NCBI GenBank assembly: GCA_951406725.2
Contig: OX597820.1
Span: 28,458,001-28,522,000 of the forward strand
Direction of reading: 5' to 3'
Source of the DNA: Octopus vulgaris
Taxonomy: Eukaryota
DNA length: 64,000 nt
The translations under genes were made by a program, and so were the position numbers. Of this stretch, positions 42,657-56,700 are shown piece after piece. Every line of letters starts with the position of its first letter. The first letter of the stretch is position 1. The notes below the pieces were generated by a model. It ran no database searches. It saw only the letters and a list, made by a program, of their open reading frames with translations, and was not told the DNA's origin.

Positions 42657-43000
42657 CAGAGGTTGCTGTGTGGTTATGACGTTTGCCTCGGGTTCAGTTC
42701 TTCTATAGCTCCATACCGACCAAAAGGTTCTGAGTGATTTTGTTAGGCGTGAACTGTGTGGAAACACGTTTTAGAAATGTGTGTGCGTGTATGTGTGTCT
42801 TTACAAGTCTCCCACTATTTTTTCAATGCATGTTCATTTGTTTATGACCCCGTAATGTGGCGGTTTACCAAAAATGAGACAGATAATATAAATACCCGAA
42901 TTATAAAGCGTGTGTTCTGATTTGGTTTGATTACGTGCAACACTCAGCGTGAATTTCTAGCATGGTCGCAATCCAATGACTGGAACAAGTTCAAGAAAAG
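42657..43000 (+). mobile_element. Highly diverged SINE-A relative
   Basis: gctgtgtggtt, gggttcagtt, ccgaccaaa, ccccgtaa..gcggttt, gcatggtcgca...atgactggaacaag in the expected order. Confidence 0.6.
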
Positions 43001-44099
43001 AATAATAAACATATATATTAGAGAATATAAAACCATCACCACGAGAGCTACAATATGTTTATCACACAAGCTATAGAGATAAATGTACAAGAACAAGCAA
43101 CATGCTTGTTCTTGTGTGATTTGCAAAATCTCTCATCGGGATATCTTTAATATGTGCATGACATTAGCTTGGACAATTATGGCTTTCGAAGGGCTAGTGT
43201 AAATATTTTCAGGCCAATGCAAATAATCATAACTGTGAAGAAAACCTGGATTGACTAGAAGACATGATTCTAACTCAAAGCGTTCAATTACTTATTCGAT
43301 TTCCCTTATTTTATCTCTATATTTATTTACTGTTGTGGATTCACTGGCTGAAGTTTTCCGTTTTATTTTCTTCCTTTTTCGTTGATGGTGATTTACTTAG
43401 ATACACATTACAGATTTAGTCACATGTTATTTCTGTAAATGTAATAAGTTGTCTTGTCCTCATGTACCTCTAATTAAAAGGAGAAGATGAACATTTTTTA
43501 ACCACTGCTTTTAAAGGCATATAATAGAACTCCCTGTAAAACTTTTTCTTCAACTTCTAGCCCTAGTGAATTATCTTGCCTTCAGCACATTATTCAATAT
43601 CCATTTAGAGCTAGGATATTTGGTTATTGCAGATTAGATAACTTTGCTACGGACACGTGTTGATAAAACTACCGATTTCGGGTTTAGTAGTCGTCCGAAA
43701 CATCTTTCGATTATTGTACTCCTTGCCACTGTGTAAATTTTGTTCATTCCACGAAAAACATAACAAGCAAGTCAAGTTTCAATTTTAATGTTTCTTGCAG
43801 TGATTATAATAATATCAATTTAAATGCTATTTTTCTATACAGTTGGCGTGTATGAGTTTTTAATTACCCAAATAATTCTAATTTTCTACGTCATCCAGAG
43901 AGCAGTTGTAATCCGATAAAGCTAGTAAACAATAATTCCATTACTACCGGTTTTATCGACCGCGTATTCTGGTGTTCAAGCGGTTCCTTAGCTGATAAGA
44001 CCATACTAATGCTGGTACATTTTTCTCATTATATCAACCCCAGATGCAAAATTAATAAAAATCACATAACATATTTCCCTTTTTACATAAATTATTTCC

Positions 44100-44141
<42 letters not shown>

Positions 44142-44145
<4 letters not shown>

Positions 44146-44851
44146 ACTCTTTTACTTGTTTCAGTCATTTGAATGTGGACATGCTGGAGCACCGCATTTA
44201 GTCGAGCAAATCGATCCCAGGACTTATTCTTTGTAAGCCTAGTACTTATTCTATCGGTCTCTTTTGCCGAACCGCTAAGTTACGGGGACATAAACGCACC
44301 AGCATTGGTTGTCAAGCGATGTTGGGGGGACAAACACAGACACACAAACACACACATACACACATACATATATATGTACATATATACGACGGGCTTCTTT
44401 CAGTTTCCGCCTACCAAATCCACTCACAAGGCTTTGGTCGGCTGGAAGCTATAGTAGAAGACACTTGCCCAATGGGCAACACAGTGGGACTGAACCTGGA
44501 GCTATGTGGTTGTTAAGTAAGCTGATTGTTAAGCACTCTGTTGGTTACGACAGCGAAGGTTCCAGTTGATCCGATTAAAGGAATAGCTTGCTCGTGATAT
44601 TAACGTGCAAGTGGCTAAGCACTCCACAGACACGCTTACCCGTCACGTAGTTCTCAGGAAGCTTCTGCGTGACGGACAAAGTAACAAGGCCGGTCCTTTG
44701 AAATACAGGTACAACTCAGTTTTGCCAGCTGATTGAGCTGGAGCAACGTGAAATAAAAGGTCTTGCTGAAGGACACAACGGGTCGCCGGGACTGAACCTG
44801 GAACCAAGTGGTTAGTAAGCAAACTACTTAGCACACCGCCACTCCTACGCC
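44142..44851 (-). mobile_element. SINE-A interrupted in its head by a group C SINE body (44524-44789)
   Basis: Head segment aaccac...ccaggttcagtccc occurs on both sides of the insert. The insert carries ttttatttcacgttgctccagctcaatcagctgg. Confidence 0.85.
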
Positions 44852-45449
44852 CAACTGAAATTTTAAAAAAAAGTTTCTGTGCGTTAAATGCATGAACACC
44901 ATTTTCACTGTTACTTTCCATACATGTAACGATTAAGACTTGCTGCAAAAGCACCATACATATACGTGTACATGCATCGCAATGATTGGTGTTGTCCTTC
45001 CTCCACCCACAGTTCAATAAAATATGTTGCATTAATGAACTCAGGTTGATTCAATCAAATACACAAGAATTGGTTTTCTACCCAGTCATGAGAAGAAAAA
45101 AAATTATTTTGGTGCCAACAAGTCTTTAGCTTTGCAAGTTCTTCATGTTGCTTATTTAATTTTTTTTGTCTTCTGTCTATGTTTGTTTGTATTATTACTA
45201 TTTTCTGACAATTCCGGTTATATCGATCGGGTATTCTGGTATTCAAGCAGTTCTTATACGAATATTATTATTTTTTTTTTCGTTTCTCATCTCTTTATTT
45301 TTTTTTGTTTTATGTTTGCTAGTTTGTTGGTTGGGTTTTTTTTTTCCATTTTCTCGCTGTTGCTCCTGGTTGCTACACTTTCACCTGCCTCCCTGCTATT
45401 ATTAAACTTCTGTTATTTTATTTGCGATTGGTACTGGCGAATGGGTGAT

Positions 45450-46430
45450 AAAGATGATGATGGTGGTGTTGGTGGTGGTGATGATTTCCAGGATGATGAA
45501 AATGAAGACGAAGATGACGATGATGATGATGGTGATGATGATGATGATCATCATCATCATAATGGTGGTGGTGGTGGTGATTTGGTTGATGATGGTAGAA
45601 TTAAATTTATAGTTTGGTAGTGAAGTTGTCATTGCACCGTTGATGATGATGATGATGATGATGATGATCTTGTTCATGTGGATGATGACGATGACGACAA
45701 CGATAATAGTGGTACTGATGATGAGGGTTGGCCATGTTTCTCAACGTGGTATTAAGGCTGTGTTTTCGTGTTCGAGATAGAGGTAGGGATAATGATGGTG
45801 GTGGTAGTAGTACCGGTAGAGGAGTCGGTGATGATGATGATGGTAGTGATGTTGGTGTTGAAGTTCGATGGATGGGTGGATGGATGGATGGATGGATAGA
45901 TGGATGGCTCGATGGATGGCTCGATGGATGGATGGATGGTTATACGTCTGAAAGGGTCATGGTATTTCAGTTTATTTCTTTGTGTTGTTGAGGGTAATGG
46001 TGGTGTTGTAAGGATATCGATATTAGTAATGATGCTGCTGTTGATGCTGGTAATGGTGATAATGAGACCGAATAATGAAGGTGAATCACTGTTCAATGTA
46101 ATGGTGGTGGAGGTGGAGAGCCAACGTTCGTGGTGGTTCGATGTTCGTAATCCAGCTGTTGTTAATAATGTTGTCATTGCTGCCGGCGATGACGATGACG
46201 ATGACGATGTTGATGATAACGATTATGATGATGATGATGATGATGATGATGAGGAGGAGGAGGAGGAGGAGGAGGTGGAGGAGGAGGATGACGACGATTT
46301 TGATGATGATGATGACGATGACGACAAAGACGAAGACGAAGATGATGACGAAAACAACGACTACGACGACGATGACGAAGATGAGGATGGTGGTGGTGAT
46401 GATGATGATGATGTCAATGACGATGGTAAT
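45450..46430. repeat. Low-complexity (GAT/GAC/GAG/GGT)n and (GATG)n mosaic
   Basis: Visible directly in the sequence. Confidence 0.9.
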
Positions 46431-46529
46431 GTCGAAACGGAACTGAAGCTATTTGGCGGGGATATGCTGATTAATCTGCACATAATTATTACATTAGCTG
46501 TAGTCAATGGGATATATCTATTCGAAATT

Positions 46530-46566
46530 AGTGGATTTGATAGACGGAAACTGAAAGAAGCTCGTC

Positions 46567-46620
<54 letters not shown>

Positions 46621-46840
46621 GTATGTGTGTGTATATGTTTGTGTGTCTGTGTTTGTCCCCCCAACATCACTTGACAACCGATGGCGGTGTGTTTACGTCC
46701 CTGTGATTTAGCGGTTCGGCAAAAGAGACCGATAGAATAAGTACTAGGCTTACGAAGAATAAGTCCTGGGGTCGATTTGTTCGACTAAAGGTAGTGCTCC
46801 TTCATGGCCGCACTCAAATGACTGAAACAAGTAAAAGAGA
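46530..46840 (+). mobile_element. SINE-A, 5'-truncated
   Basis: agtggatttgatagacggaaactgaaagaag...actgaaacaagtaaaagag. Confidence 0.92.
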
Positions 46841-47048
46841 AACTATAATATGTGGTTGTACATTGCTGGTGACAATGCGGTTCCATTCTTCCTTTATTGC
46901 CTCCTACTTGTCCTTTTGGGTTCTGATTGCTTAACACTTTTGTCTTTTAAAACGCATAACATAGAAACGTATTTATCAACAACAAGAATAAAATTCAATA
47001 TTAACATCGATGAAATTATAAAACAAATGGAAATATAACACAAATTTG

Positions 47049-47432
47049 TGAGCTGGCAGATTCGTTAGCACATCGGGAAAATGCTTAGCGGTATTTCATC
47101 TGCCGCTACGTTCTGAGTTCAAATTCCGCCGAGGTCGACTTTGTCTTTCATCCTTTCAGGGTCGATTAAATAAGTACAAGTTACGCACTGGGGTCGATGT
47201 AGTCGACTTAATCCGCTTGTATGTCCTTGTTTGTCCTTTCTGTGTTTAGCCTCTTGTGGGCAATAAAGAAATAGGTATTTCGTCTGCCTTTACGTTATGA
47301 GTTCAAATTCCGCTGAGGTCAACTTTTATCCTTTCGGGGCCGATAAATTAAGTACCAGTTCCGTACTGAGGTCGGTCCAATCGACTGGCCTCCTCCCCCC
47401 AAAATTTTTGCCTTGTGCCTAGAGTAGAAAAG
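47049..47432 (+). mobile_element. SINE-B dimer
   Basis: One head and two cores; the second core restarts at ggtatttcgtc (47275). Confidence 0.9.
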
Positions 47433-48074
47433 TATGTTAAAACTGAAGCACTATTTTTTTTACGTATTTCCTTCCCTTGAGCTATTTTTTTCATTTTGTA
47501 ATAGAAAAAAGAAAACAAGTTGTAAGATTATTTGACCAAAGGCGAAAAGAATTTTTCTCTCTTTACTTTCTTTACTAAGCATTTCTTTCCGTTTGTTGCT
47601 TTTTCAAAAGAGGCAGGAAGGAAGAGAAACAGTGGGTGGATGGTTTGAATTTTGTTAATAGCTTCTAATTAAGTACAATTCATGTACTGATTTGGTTAGA
47701 ATAGTTATTTGAACTTTATAGTGGAGAGAAGTAACAAATTATAGTTTATTGTTCAGAACTGATGCATAAACATTTTCAAACATTCACTTCGAACATAATT
47801 ATTTGATGTTGAATTTTGGAATACTTCTCGTTATTCCTTTCGCTGGCTACTAGAGTAATCTGGGAAAAAATCTTTTGTTGTATTTAGTTATAATTCTTAG
47901 AATTTATACTCAATTGTGTGCTTTCTAGTTTGGTCCCATTGTGTTGGCACCTTGAGTAAATATGTTTTAATACAGCTATGGGACGAGCAATTATTCTGGA
48001 GTAGGATTTTGGTACACGGAATCAGCGGAAGCCTATTATGTATATATATCTGCATAGATACACACGTGCATATA

Positions 48075-48293
48075 TGAGACGGTGCTGAAAAGTTCCTTGC
48101 TTTAAAGGTATCACGAAAAGCTTTGTTGGAGGCCCAAACTTCCGTGATTTTCTACATGGCTTTAAAAAAATTGAAGGACCGCTGCAATAAGTGTTGTGAA
48201 TCCGAGAAGGGAATATGTTGAGGAAAATCATAATTAACTGATCCTCCTGTATTTTGTTTTACACGAAGTCAGGAGGTTTTCAGCCCCGCTTCG
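48075..48293 (+). mobile_element. Mariner-derived MITE
   Basis: Imperfect TIRs gtgctgaaaagttccttgctt and aagtcaggaggttttcagccc. Residual transposase end LKDRCNKC...GEYVE. Confidence 0.65.
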
Positions 48294-48448
48294 ATATATG
48301 TGTGCATGCATTTATGTGCGTGAGCGCGCGTGTCTCTGTGCGTGTGTATGTGTATGTATGTGTGTGTATTTGTGCGCGCGCTTATAGATAACAAGTAATC
48401 CTGAAGAGGGTTATTAGAGTATTGGTAAATCTAATTGTAATGATGTGT

Positions 48449-48700
48449 GGAGTGAAGTTTCTTGGTCCAGTGGTTATAGTGTTGCATTTACGATCTTGTT
48501 ATCTTGATTTCCGTTCCCAGACTATGTGGTGCGTTCTGCTTCATTTCACGTTGCTCCTCCCCTCTAAGCTATATGTGAATTCCAGTAATAGCTGGAATGT
48601 TAACCCTGCGATGGACCAGCGTCCCGTTCAGAGTTGTATGCTGAAATCTCACTCACTGATATGCCTCGGAAATTGAGATAAGCTTCCTTCTTATTAGAGC
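48449..48700 (+). mobile_element. Group C SINE (diverged)
   Basis: tggtccagtggtt, ttcccagac, atttcacgttgctcc, aaccctgcgatggaccagcgtcccgttcag. Confidence 0.75.
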
Positions 48701-49853
48701 TTATAACAGAACTAAATCCAAGTGTGAGGAAAATTAGCGTTTCGATATATTACACTTTCGATCAAATGGTTTGATAATGATGAATTTTACGACATCAGAA
48801 ATGAAAAAAAAAACAGGGCATTAGTTCACTGTAACTAGAACAGAAACGTATTTGATTTAAATATCCAGCGATGATTTCGATTCAAATATCTTGGTATTCA
48901 AGCACTGGCGCAAATACCTATCCTCGAAGGGAAACTGGATGGGTGGTGTATTGCTATAACACAAAATCACTGCGACCTTCTAAATGTTGACGCCTGATCT
49001 AAGCATTGAACGAAAAGGGAGGGGTGTTTTATTGTTTGGCTTAAGTATTTCATAATTGTGTAGGTCAAATGGATTCCGAATATCCACATGTCATTTTTTC
49101 TTTATAGCTATAAAGTGCCCAGGGTGCAGTTTCTAGATGGGTTCATAATTCAGACGAACAGTCATGGTCTGAATAACATTTAAATACTATCTCAAGCAGC
49201 TCGAACGATCAAAAAGATGTTCCCAAGATGGTTCAGACAAGATAACGTGTAAGTTGTCGTTGCCATTGAATAAAGAAACTTTACCACAATATAGCTGAAA
49301 TTTCAATAGAAATATGAAGAAACGTGCATATTTTAATCAATATTTGGAATAAGTTCTAGTATCTAACTATGTGTAAAGAACCGCCTAAAAATTCTGCATT
49401 TTTAAACTCCAGTAAAAGTAAATTTTAATTGTTTCGACGCTCAAATTAATTATCAGTTCGGATGTATGCTTTTGTTATTTTGTTTTAATCATCTTAAAAC
49501 AGTTGTTGGCCGGCAATTCTTGTCGGTTTGAAGTTCAGTATGATAATGAAACAAATTATTAACAGAAGAGGGAAATTAATATTTGAATATGTAATTAACT
49601 TTTGCATAAATACTAGTGATTTCACTTATCCATGTTGCACCAAAACATCACATAAATGGCATTAATTGACACAGAAAATAAACTAATTACGTTATGCAAT
49701 TCATCGGCCTTTCTCTGACCCTTTCCGTCGTTACATTTTGCTAGAAGCGCTTCCATTTTGTTCTGCTTTCAGCCGCTTACTTTTCCCTCTCCCACTCACT
49801 ATTTTCTCTCTCACCCTCATATTCACTCGTTCTTTTCTCTCTCTATCTATCTA

Positions 49854-49915
<62 letters not shown>

Positions 49916-50031
49916 TAACTCTCTCTCACTCTCACACACACAATTTACGATTTCGAAAAATACAAAATATCCACCAACTACACATCTGATTTCATAATGC
50001 ATTTAAAGAAATACACACTAAAACATACATA

Positions 50032-50239
50032 TACTCTTTTACTTGTTTCAGTCATTTGACTGCGGCCATTTTGGAGCACCGCCTTTAGTCGAGCAAATTG
50101 ATCCCAGGTCTTATTCATTGTAAGCCTAGTACTTATTCTGTCGATCTCTTTTGCCGAACCGCTAGATTACGGGGATATGAACACACCAGCATCGGTTGTC
50201 AAGCGATTTTGGGGGGACAAACAGAGACACACAAACACA

Positions 50240-50284
<45 letters not shown>

Positions 50285-50297
50285 ACACACGCAGACG

Positions 50298-50355
<58 letters not shown>

Positions 50356-50406
50356 AAGGGTGGAAAAATTGGATATTAATTTCATAATAACATCAATTTA
50401 ACACCA

Positions 50407-50449
<43 letters not shown>

Positions 50450-50614
50450 CACGACAGGCTTCTTTCAGTTTCTGTCTACTAAATCCACTCACAAAGCTTT
50501 GGTCGGCCCAAGGCTATAGTAGAAGACACTCGCCCAAAGTGCCACGCAGTGGGATTGAACCCGGAACCATGTGGTTGGTCAGCAAGTTACTTACTACACA
50601 GCCACTCCTGCGCC
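50032..50614 (-). mobile_element. SINE-A, full length, with a 60-bp foreign insert (50350-50408) in its internal microsatellite
   Basis: Reverse complement of the consensus; the insert carries the agggt...cacc terminal motif. Confidence 0.92.
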
Positions 50615-50646
50615 TATATTTATATATACATGCGTATATATGTATG

Positions 50647-50685
<39 letters not shown>

Positions 50686-51344
50686 CAAAAAAGAAAGGAA
50701 ATGGAGGTGATACAAAAATGACATACATCAGCCGTTAAACATTCTATTGTGTCTATTTATTCTAAAACATAAGGAAGTATTATAAGAATACATACACATG
50801 CAAAGACTGTTTGTTACATACATATGTACTAGTAATACATAAGAGAGTAAAAGATCAGTTCCTTTAGGGCCGTTTCTGCAAAGAGGCCACGATGACCTCC
50901 ATGCTATCTCCATCTTTTCAGTGTTGTATAGGGATGCGTAGATAAAGTTTGGATGTTGAGTGTGCCTCTAGGCTTCTTCGGAGGGTCGAAATGGTTGGGA
51001 AAGAATCAGTTACCAATAGGTACAGTATATATTTTTTTTTATTGAAGAGAGCATGAGAAGACTAGAAGACTAGTTTGAGAGGAGTAAAATTTAGTAAAAG
51101 GGATTCGGTATAGGAGAGTGGAAATAAGTCATAGACTTCCGGTGTTGTCTTCCAAGATTCCTGTTATTTGTCATATATATATGTATATATACGTGTGTGT
51201 GTTTGTGCGTGTTTGCGCGCGCGCGATGTGTGTCTACATGCCTATTTATCTCTCTATATATTTATCTATATATATATATATATTCTTTTATTCTTTTATG
51301 TTTCAGCCCTGAGTCTATGGCCATGATGGAGCACCGCTTGGCCA

Positions 51345-51403
<59 letters not shown>

Positions 51404-51432
51404 ACCGACCAGACTATCAGATGCTGGTATAC

Positions 51433-51465
<33 letters not shown>

Positions 51466-51658
51466 CATGTATATGAAAATCCTAAATATACATAAGTGAA
51501 AAATAAAATAATACTTCAATAATTAAATACTTTAAAATTGAATAAAATACACAAAGCTATTACAAGTCATTAAAGTGTAATCAAAATAAGAAATGTTTCA
51601 AATATAGACAAACTCCTTAGATAAGCTAACCATATATATATATAATATATATAATATG

Positions 51659-51698
<40 letters not shown>

Positions 51699-51717
51699 GT
51701 ATGTATATATATATATA

Positions 51718-52161
<444 letters not shown>

Positions 52162-52610
52162 GTGACTGTGTATATATGCGTTTGTGTGTGCGTATGTATC
52201 GGTGCGTGCAGGCGTGTGTGTGCATGTCAGTATGACTTTACCCCCAAAAATCAGCACGATTATAAACAGATCATCTATTGGTTTCTTAAGAGACAAAGAA
52301 TTTTTTCGGAATAGTATTGTTACAGCCATGCATTTCTGTCCCAAAGGAGTTACGGAAATATAATTATCAATAACTGAATGTAAGTTTCTCAGTCCGAACG
52401 ATCTATAAGAAGAAGGAAATCGAAATCAGCTAACAATAATAATTAGCGATGAATCGATACGTCAACAATATTTCACATTACGTTCAATGACATATTTATT
52501 GCATCTAGAAAAAGTATATATTACACACATACTCACACACGCATATAAGGATATGCTTATATAATTACCATATGCGTAAATGGTTGTATATTTAAATGAA
52601 TACATACATT

Positions 52611-52693
<83 letters not shown>

Positions 52694-52729
52694 ATGGAGT
52701 CGAACGAAGATTTTAACACAATTCCTTTA

Positions 52730-52812
52730 CTTTCAACACATGTTTCGAAGACTGCATATTCTTAATTCCGAAGGAATAAAGTGTGCATTATGCCGTCTTC
52801 TCATCAGGAAAG
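52730..52812 (-). ncRNA. Type I hammerhead ribozyme (left arm)
   Basis: Minus: cuuuc-CUGAUGA-gaagac.gcaua...uaugc.gucuuc-GAAAC-augu-GUU-gaaag. Confidence 0.9.
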
Positions 52813-52923
52813 ACAAGGAAAATCCATCAGCCTCAAGACGGGCAAAAACTTTTCTATGGCTTGCTACATAATGTTCACATAGAAAAGTTTTTGTCCGTCT
52901 TGAGGCTGATTGATTGTCCTTGT

Positions 52924-53006
52924 CTTTCCTGATGAGAAGACGGCATAATGCACACTTTATTCCTTCGGAATTAAGAATATGCAGTCTTCGAAACATGTGT
53001 TGAAAG
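52924..53006 (+). ncRNA. Type I hammerhead ribozyme (right arm)
   Basis: cuuuc-CUGAUGA-gaagac...gucuuc-GAAAC-augu-GUU-gaaag. All core nucleotides and three stems are intact. Confidence 0.9.
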
Positions 53007-53242
53007 TGAAGGAATTGTGTTAACATCTTCGTTCGACTCCATTCTTTTATTCATTTTAAATAATACACAAATTACCACACAAGAACACGGGGTTTCTACC
53101 CTTGGCATGTAGCTTCAACCGTGTTTTCTTACGTGAATTTGCTACCCAGGTATCGATTAACCGAATTATCAATACTAGGATAATTCATTCACATACTTAA
53201 ATATATATATATATATATGTATATAGTTCGTATTTATCTCTC

Positions 53243-53465
53243 TTTTCTACTCTAGGCACAACGCATGTAATTTTGGGAGAGAGGGACAGGTCGATTAGAT
53301 CGACCCAAGTACGCAACTCGTACTTAATTTATCGACCCAGAAAGGATGAAAGGATGAAAGACAAAGTCGACCTCGGCGGTATTTGAACTCAGAACGTAAA
53401 GACAGACGAAATACTGCTAAGCACATCGCCCGGCGTGCTGATGTTTCTACCAGCTCATCGCCTTA
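53243..53465 (-). mobile_element. SINE-B monomer
   Basis: Reverse complement of the consensus, with a duplicated aaaggatg. Confidence 0.9.
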
Positions 53466-53636
53466 GCTCGTATTAATTATTACCGGCATAATGCCCCTCC
53501 CAAGGTTCAATAGTATATATATATATGTGTGTGTGTGTTTGTGTGTTTGTGTGTGTATGTGTGTGTGTGTGTATGTATGTATGGATCTGTGTTTGTATTT
53601 ATGTTTGTTGAATGCATGTATGTATAGATATAACTC

Positions 53637-54480
53637 AGTGAAAGGGCAGATCCACTTGCAGTAAGCTTTACCATAGGCTCTGGATGACCGACGACGTACC
53701 GTTGAAGGTGAGAGCCGATGTATATAAGTTGACGGTTGACATCGTTCCTATATGGTGCTGATTTTTGGATCACGTGCCAAGAGCATATCAAGCAGCTTGA
53801 CATTTTTCGTATGTGATGCTTGCGTACTGTCTCCAGTATCAAATTAAGCGAGCATGTTCGTAGCAGTGAGGTGCTAACAAAGTGAAACATATCAGGTATT
53901 GAAGCCAGCCTCGTCGAAATAAGATCAATGGTCAAATCATCTCTCACGCATGAGTGATATCAGAATTCCGAAGCAATCCACTTAGACCAGTTCGCAACTG
54001 GAAGGTCAGTTGAAAGGCTATTCTTGCGCTTCAAAGACAAATTAAAAGACAATCTGAAGCGATTCAATATTCACTTTTCACTCTGGGGAAACATAACATC
54101 AGAATACAGGAGAATGGACAATCCTTCTTCTCCTCAGTTCAAAGACTTGAGCTAAGTCGACAACAACATTGGAACCAAATTAATGGAAGCATGAAAACAT
54201 ACTGGCAAAATTCAGATCCTATAAATGAAAGCCTTGACGTCATTTTGGTTTTGTGGCATGGAGCAAAGCTGGCCTTGCCATCTATTTGAGAAAACACGTA
54301 GTAAATGATAAACAAGCACTCGAACAATTGCAGTCCTCAAATTTTTCTATTTGCCAAAAGCTTTCCAGGGCACCAACTTTCCAGGGCACCAACTGGCCTC
54401 AAGAGACTCCTACGTGTCCACAGAATATGATGGCCACTTTATTTTACTGAACCCTCATTTGTCGCTCACGACGGAAGTGT
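53637..54480 (+). mobile_element. RTE-clade LINE 3' fragment (RT C-terminal region), degenerate
   Basis: LTSFLYGADFW...IKQLDIFRM*CLRTV...EVL...W..HLSRMSDIRIPKQ...LRFKDKLKDNLK. Confidence 0.8.
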
Positions 54481-55145
54481 CTGTCATATAACTCAATAAT
54501 TCAACGCTGGTGTGCAGTGCAGAAACAAATATTGTGATCTAATGTTAAAATCTGATATCTTCCGTTTTCGTGTTATATGATTCTTACACACACAAACACC
54601 ACACACACATATATATATATTATGCACAAAGAAAGAGAGAGAATATAAAATAAGCACATGCTGTATAACCAAAAGGCTATAATAATTTAAATTGCCGTAT
54701 GGCATATAGAAAACTGTGTTGTTTTTAATTTGTTACCGCATATCGTATATGCAGGTAACATATTCATTATATTGGATAGCAATTAATTCCGGAAGTGCAA
54801 GGTGATATACTTAAAAGTTTCACAAAATGAACTGTGATCCGTGGGCGAAAGCGGAAAAGCAACATTTTGAGTTGTAAAGTTTGCAGGAAGAAAGCTTAAA
54901 AGCTTCCAATTTTGAATGGTGCAGAGTCAAACACACACTAATGAAGAATTCAATTCGAAAATAGATAACCAGTGAACTTCAATTAATGGCTGGTGTAACA
55001 TGTTCACATCTGCGTAACATTTTATACAAAGTATACAAAAATATTTTTTAATAGCAAGGGTTTTTTGGTTTAGATAGTTTCCTGTTAATTCCAGTCAAAA
55101 TCACATTGCATTGGAATAATCCAAACTACAAACGCTAAAATATTA

Positions 55146-55726
55146 TTTTCTACTCTAAGCAAAAACGACGGAAATTTTGGGGAGGAGGCCAGTCGATTAG
55201 ACCAACCCCAGTACGCAACTGGTACTTAATTTATCGACCCCGAAAGGATGAAAGGTAAAGTGGACAACGGCGGAATTTGAACTCAGTACGTAAAGACAGG
55301 CGAAATACCTATTTCTTTACTACCCACAAGAGGCTAAACACAGAGAGGTCAAACAAGGACAGACAAACGGATTAAGTCGATTATATCGAGCCCAGTGCGT
55401 AACTGCTACTTAATTTATCGCCTCCGAAAGGATGAAAGCAAAGTCGACCTCGGCGGATTTTTGAACTCAGAACGTAACGGCAGACGAAATACCTATTTCT
55501 TTATTACCCACAAGGGGCTAAAGACAGAGGGGACAAACAAGGACAGACATAGGTATTAGGTCGGTTACATCGACCCCAGTACGTAACTGGTACTTAATTT
55601 ATCGACCCCGAAAGGATGAAAGGCAAAGTCGACCTCGGCGGAATTTGAACTTAGAACGTAACGACAGACAAAATACGGCTACGCATTTCGCCCGGCGTGC
55701 TAACGTTTCTGCCAGCTCGCCGCCTT
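55146..55726 (-). mobile_element. SINE-B trimer
   Basis: Three cores separated by the same ~75-bp spacer, with a single head at 55680-55726. Confidence 0.92.
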
Positions 55727-56215
55727 AGACAAGGATGTAATAACATATCAACAATAAACTTGCCTTCATTGGTATATTTTTCCATACTTGTTGTGATGCA
55801 GGTATAGAAGGAAGCATATATAGCTGTCATCTATGAAAATCTGGTGCTTTAGCCCATGGCAATCAATATATATTTGTCAGTGTCTGTGTGCTGTGTGGGT
55901 ATACGTTTCTCAAATTGTATATTTGTATGGGAGTGAGTTAATGGTAAACAACTATTTTAAACATGTTTTTAAAATTGCTACTGCTATATCAAATTTTCAG
56001 CAGTTATTACGGATATTTGCCTATATTATTATTTATGGTATAAATTTCGGTTAGAACATAGATATTTGGAAGTGATGTTTCGAGGACTTTACAATAATAA
56101 TATTTTGAAAGTAAAGTGTTGTAAAAGCATGTAGTCAGCACGTTTTAGAATGATATGGAAAACACAAAACACATGCATATATGTATACATCCACACACAC
56201 ACACACACACATATG

Positions 56216-56271
<56 letters not shown>

Positions 56272-56272
56272 C

Positions 56273-56329
<57 letters not shown>

Positions 56330-56429
56330 CATACATATAAATGTTACGACCGGGATTAATAAAATTGATAGTAGTGACGCTAGTAAAAATATTAACAATA
56401 TTATTCATATTGAATTCCTTCCTAGTTAT

Positions 56430-56700
56430 GTCTAGATTTGCTTATTTAGATTTTCTACAGTCTGCAAAATTTGCTGAGTATCTAAGTAACGATACTGCCC
56501 GAGTATTTACAGCCTCCGCTAAATTCAAAAATTTAGCTTTGATGTAGTCCTTCTCAGCTTTCTTCTTCATTTTTATTTTTGGTACTCTATCAGAATCTAA
56601 TACTCCTATATACTTATACTTTTCTCCTTCTTTCAATGACTTTAACGTCTGGTCAACTGGCAGCAATGTTTTCCGCTAAGTTCGGCATACTGAAATTGCA
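56430..56700 (-). mobile_element. R4/Dong-like LINE RT C-terminal fragment
   Basis: YKYIGVLDSD...MKKKAEKDY...AVNTRAVSLLRYSA. Confidence 0.7.

Larger units (their letters stand above)
52686..53050. repeat. 173-bp inverted repeat (52686-52858 / 52878-53050, 19-bp spacer) within a (TA)n-flanked element extending to ~53200
   Basis: The arms are reverse complements with only a handful of mismatches; the two mirrored ORFs in the track reflect this. Confidence 0.97.

Noticed and set aside
45900-46706. 268-aa acidic (D/E-rich) ORF
   Set aside because: It is built from decayed GAT/GAC/GAG repeats and runs into a SINE-A and its TA tract. No domain or splice evidence.
55146-55726. CRISPR-like repeat-spacer array
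   Set aside because: The spacers are themselves copies of each other, the units are ~180 bp, the context is eukaryotic, and no cas genes are present.
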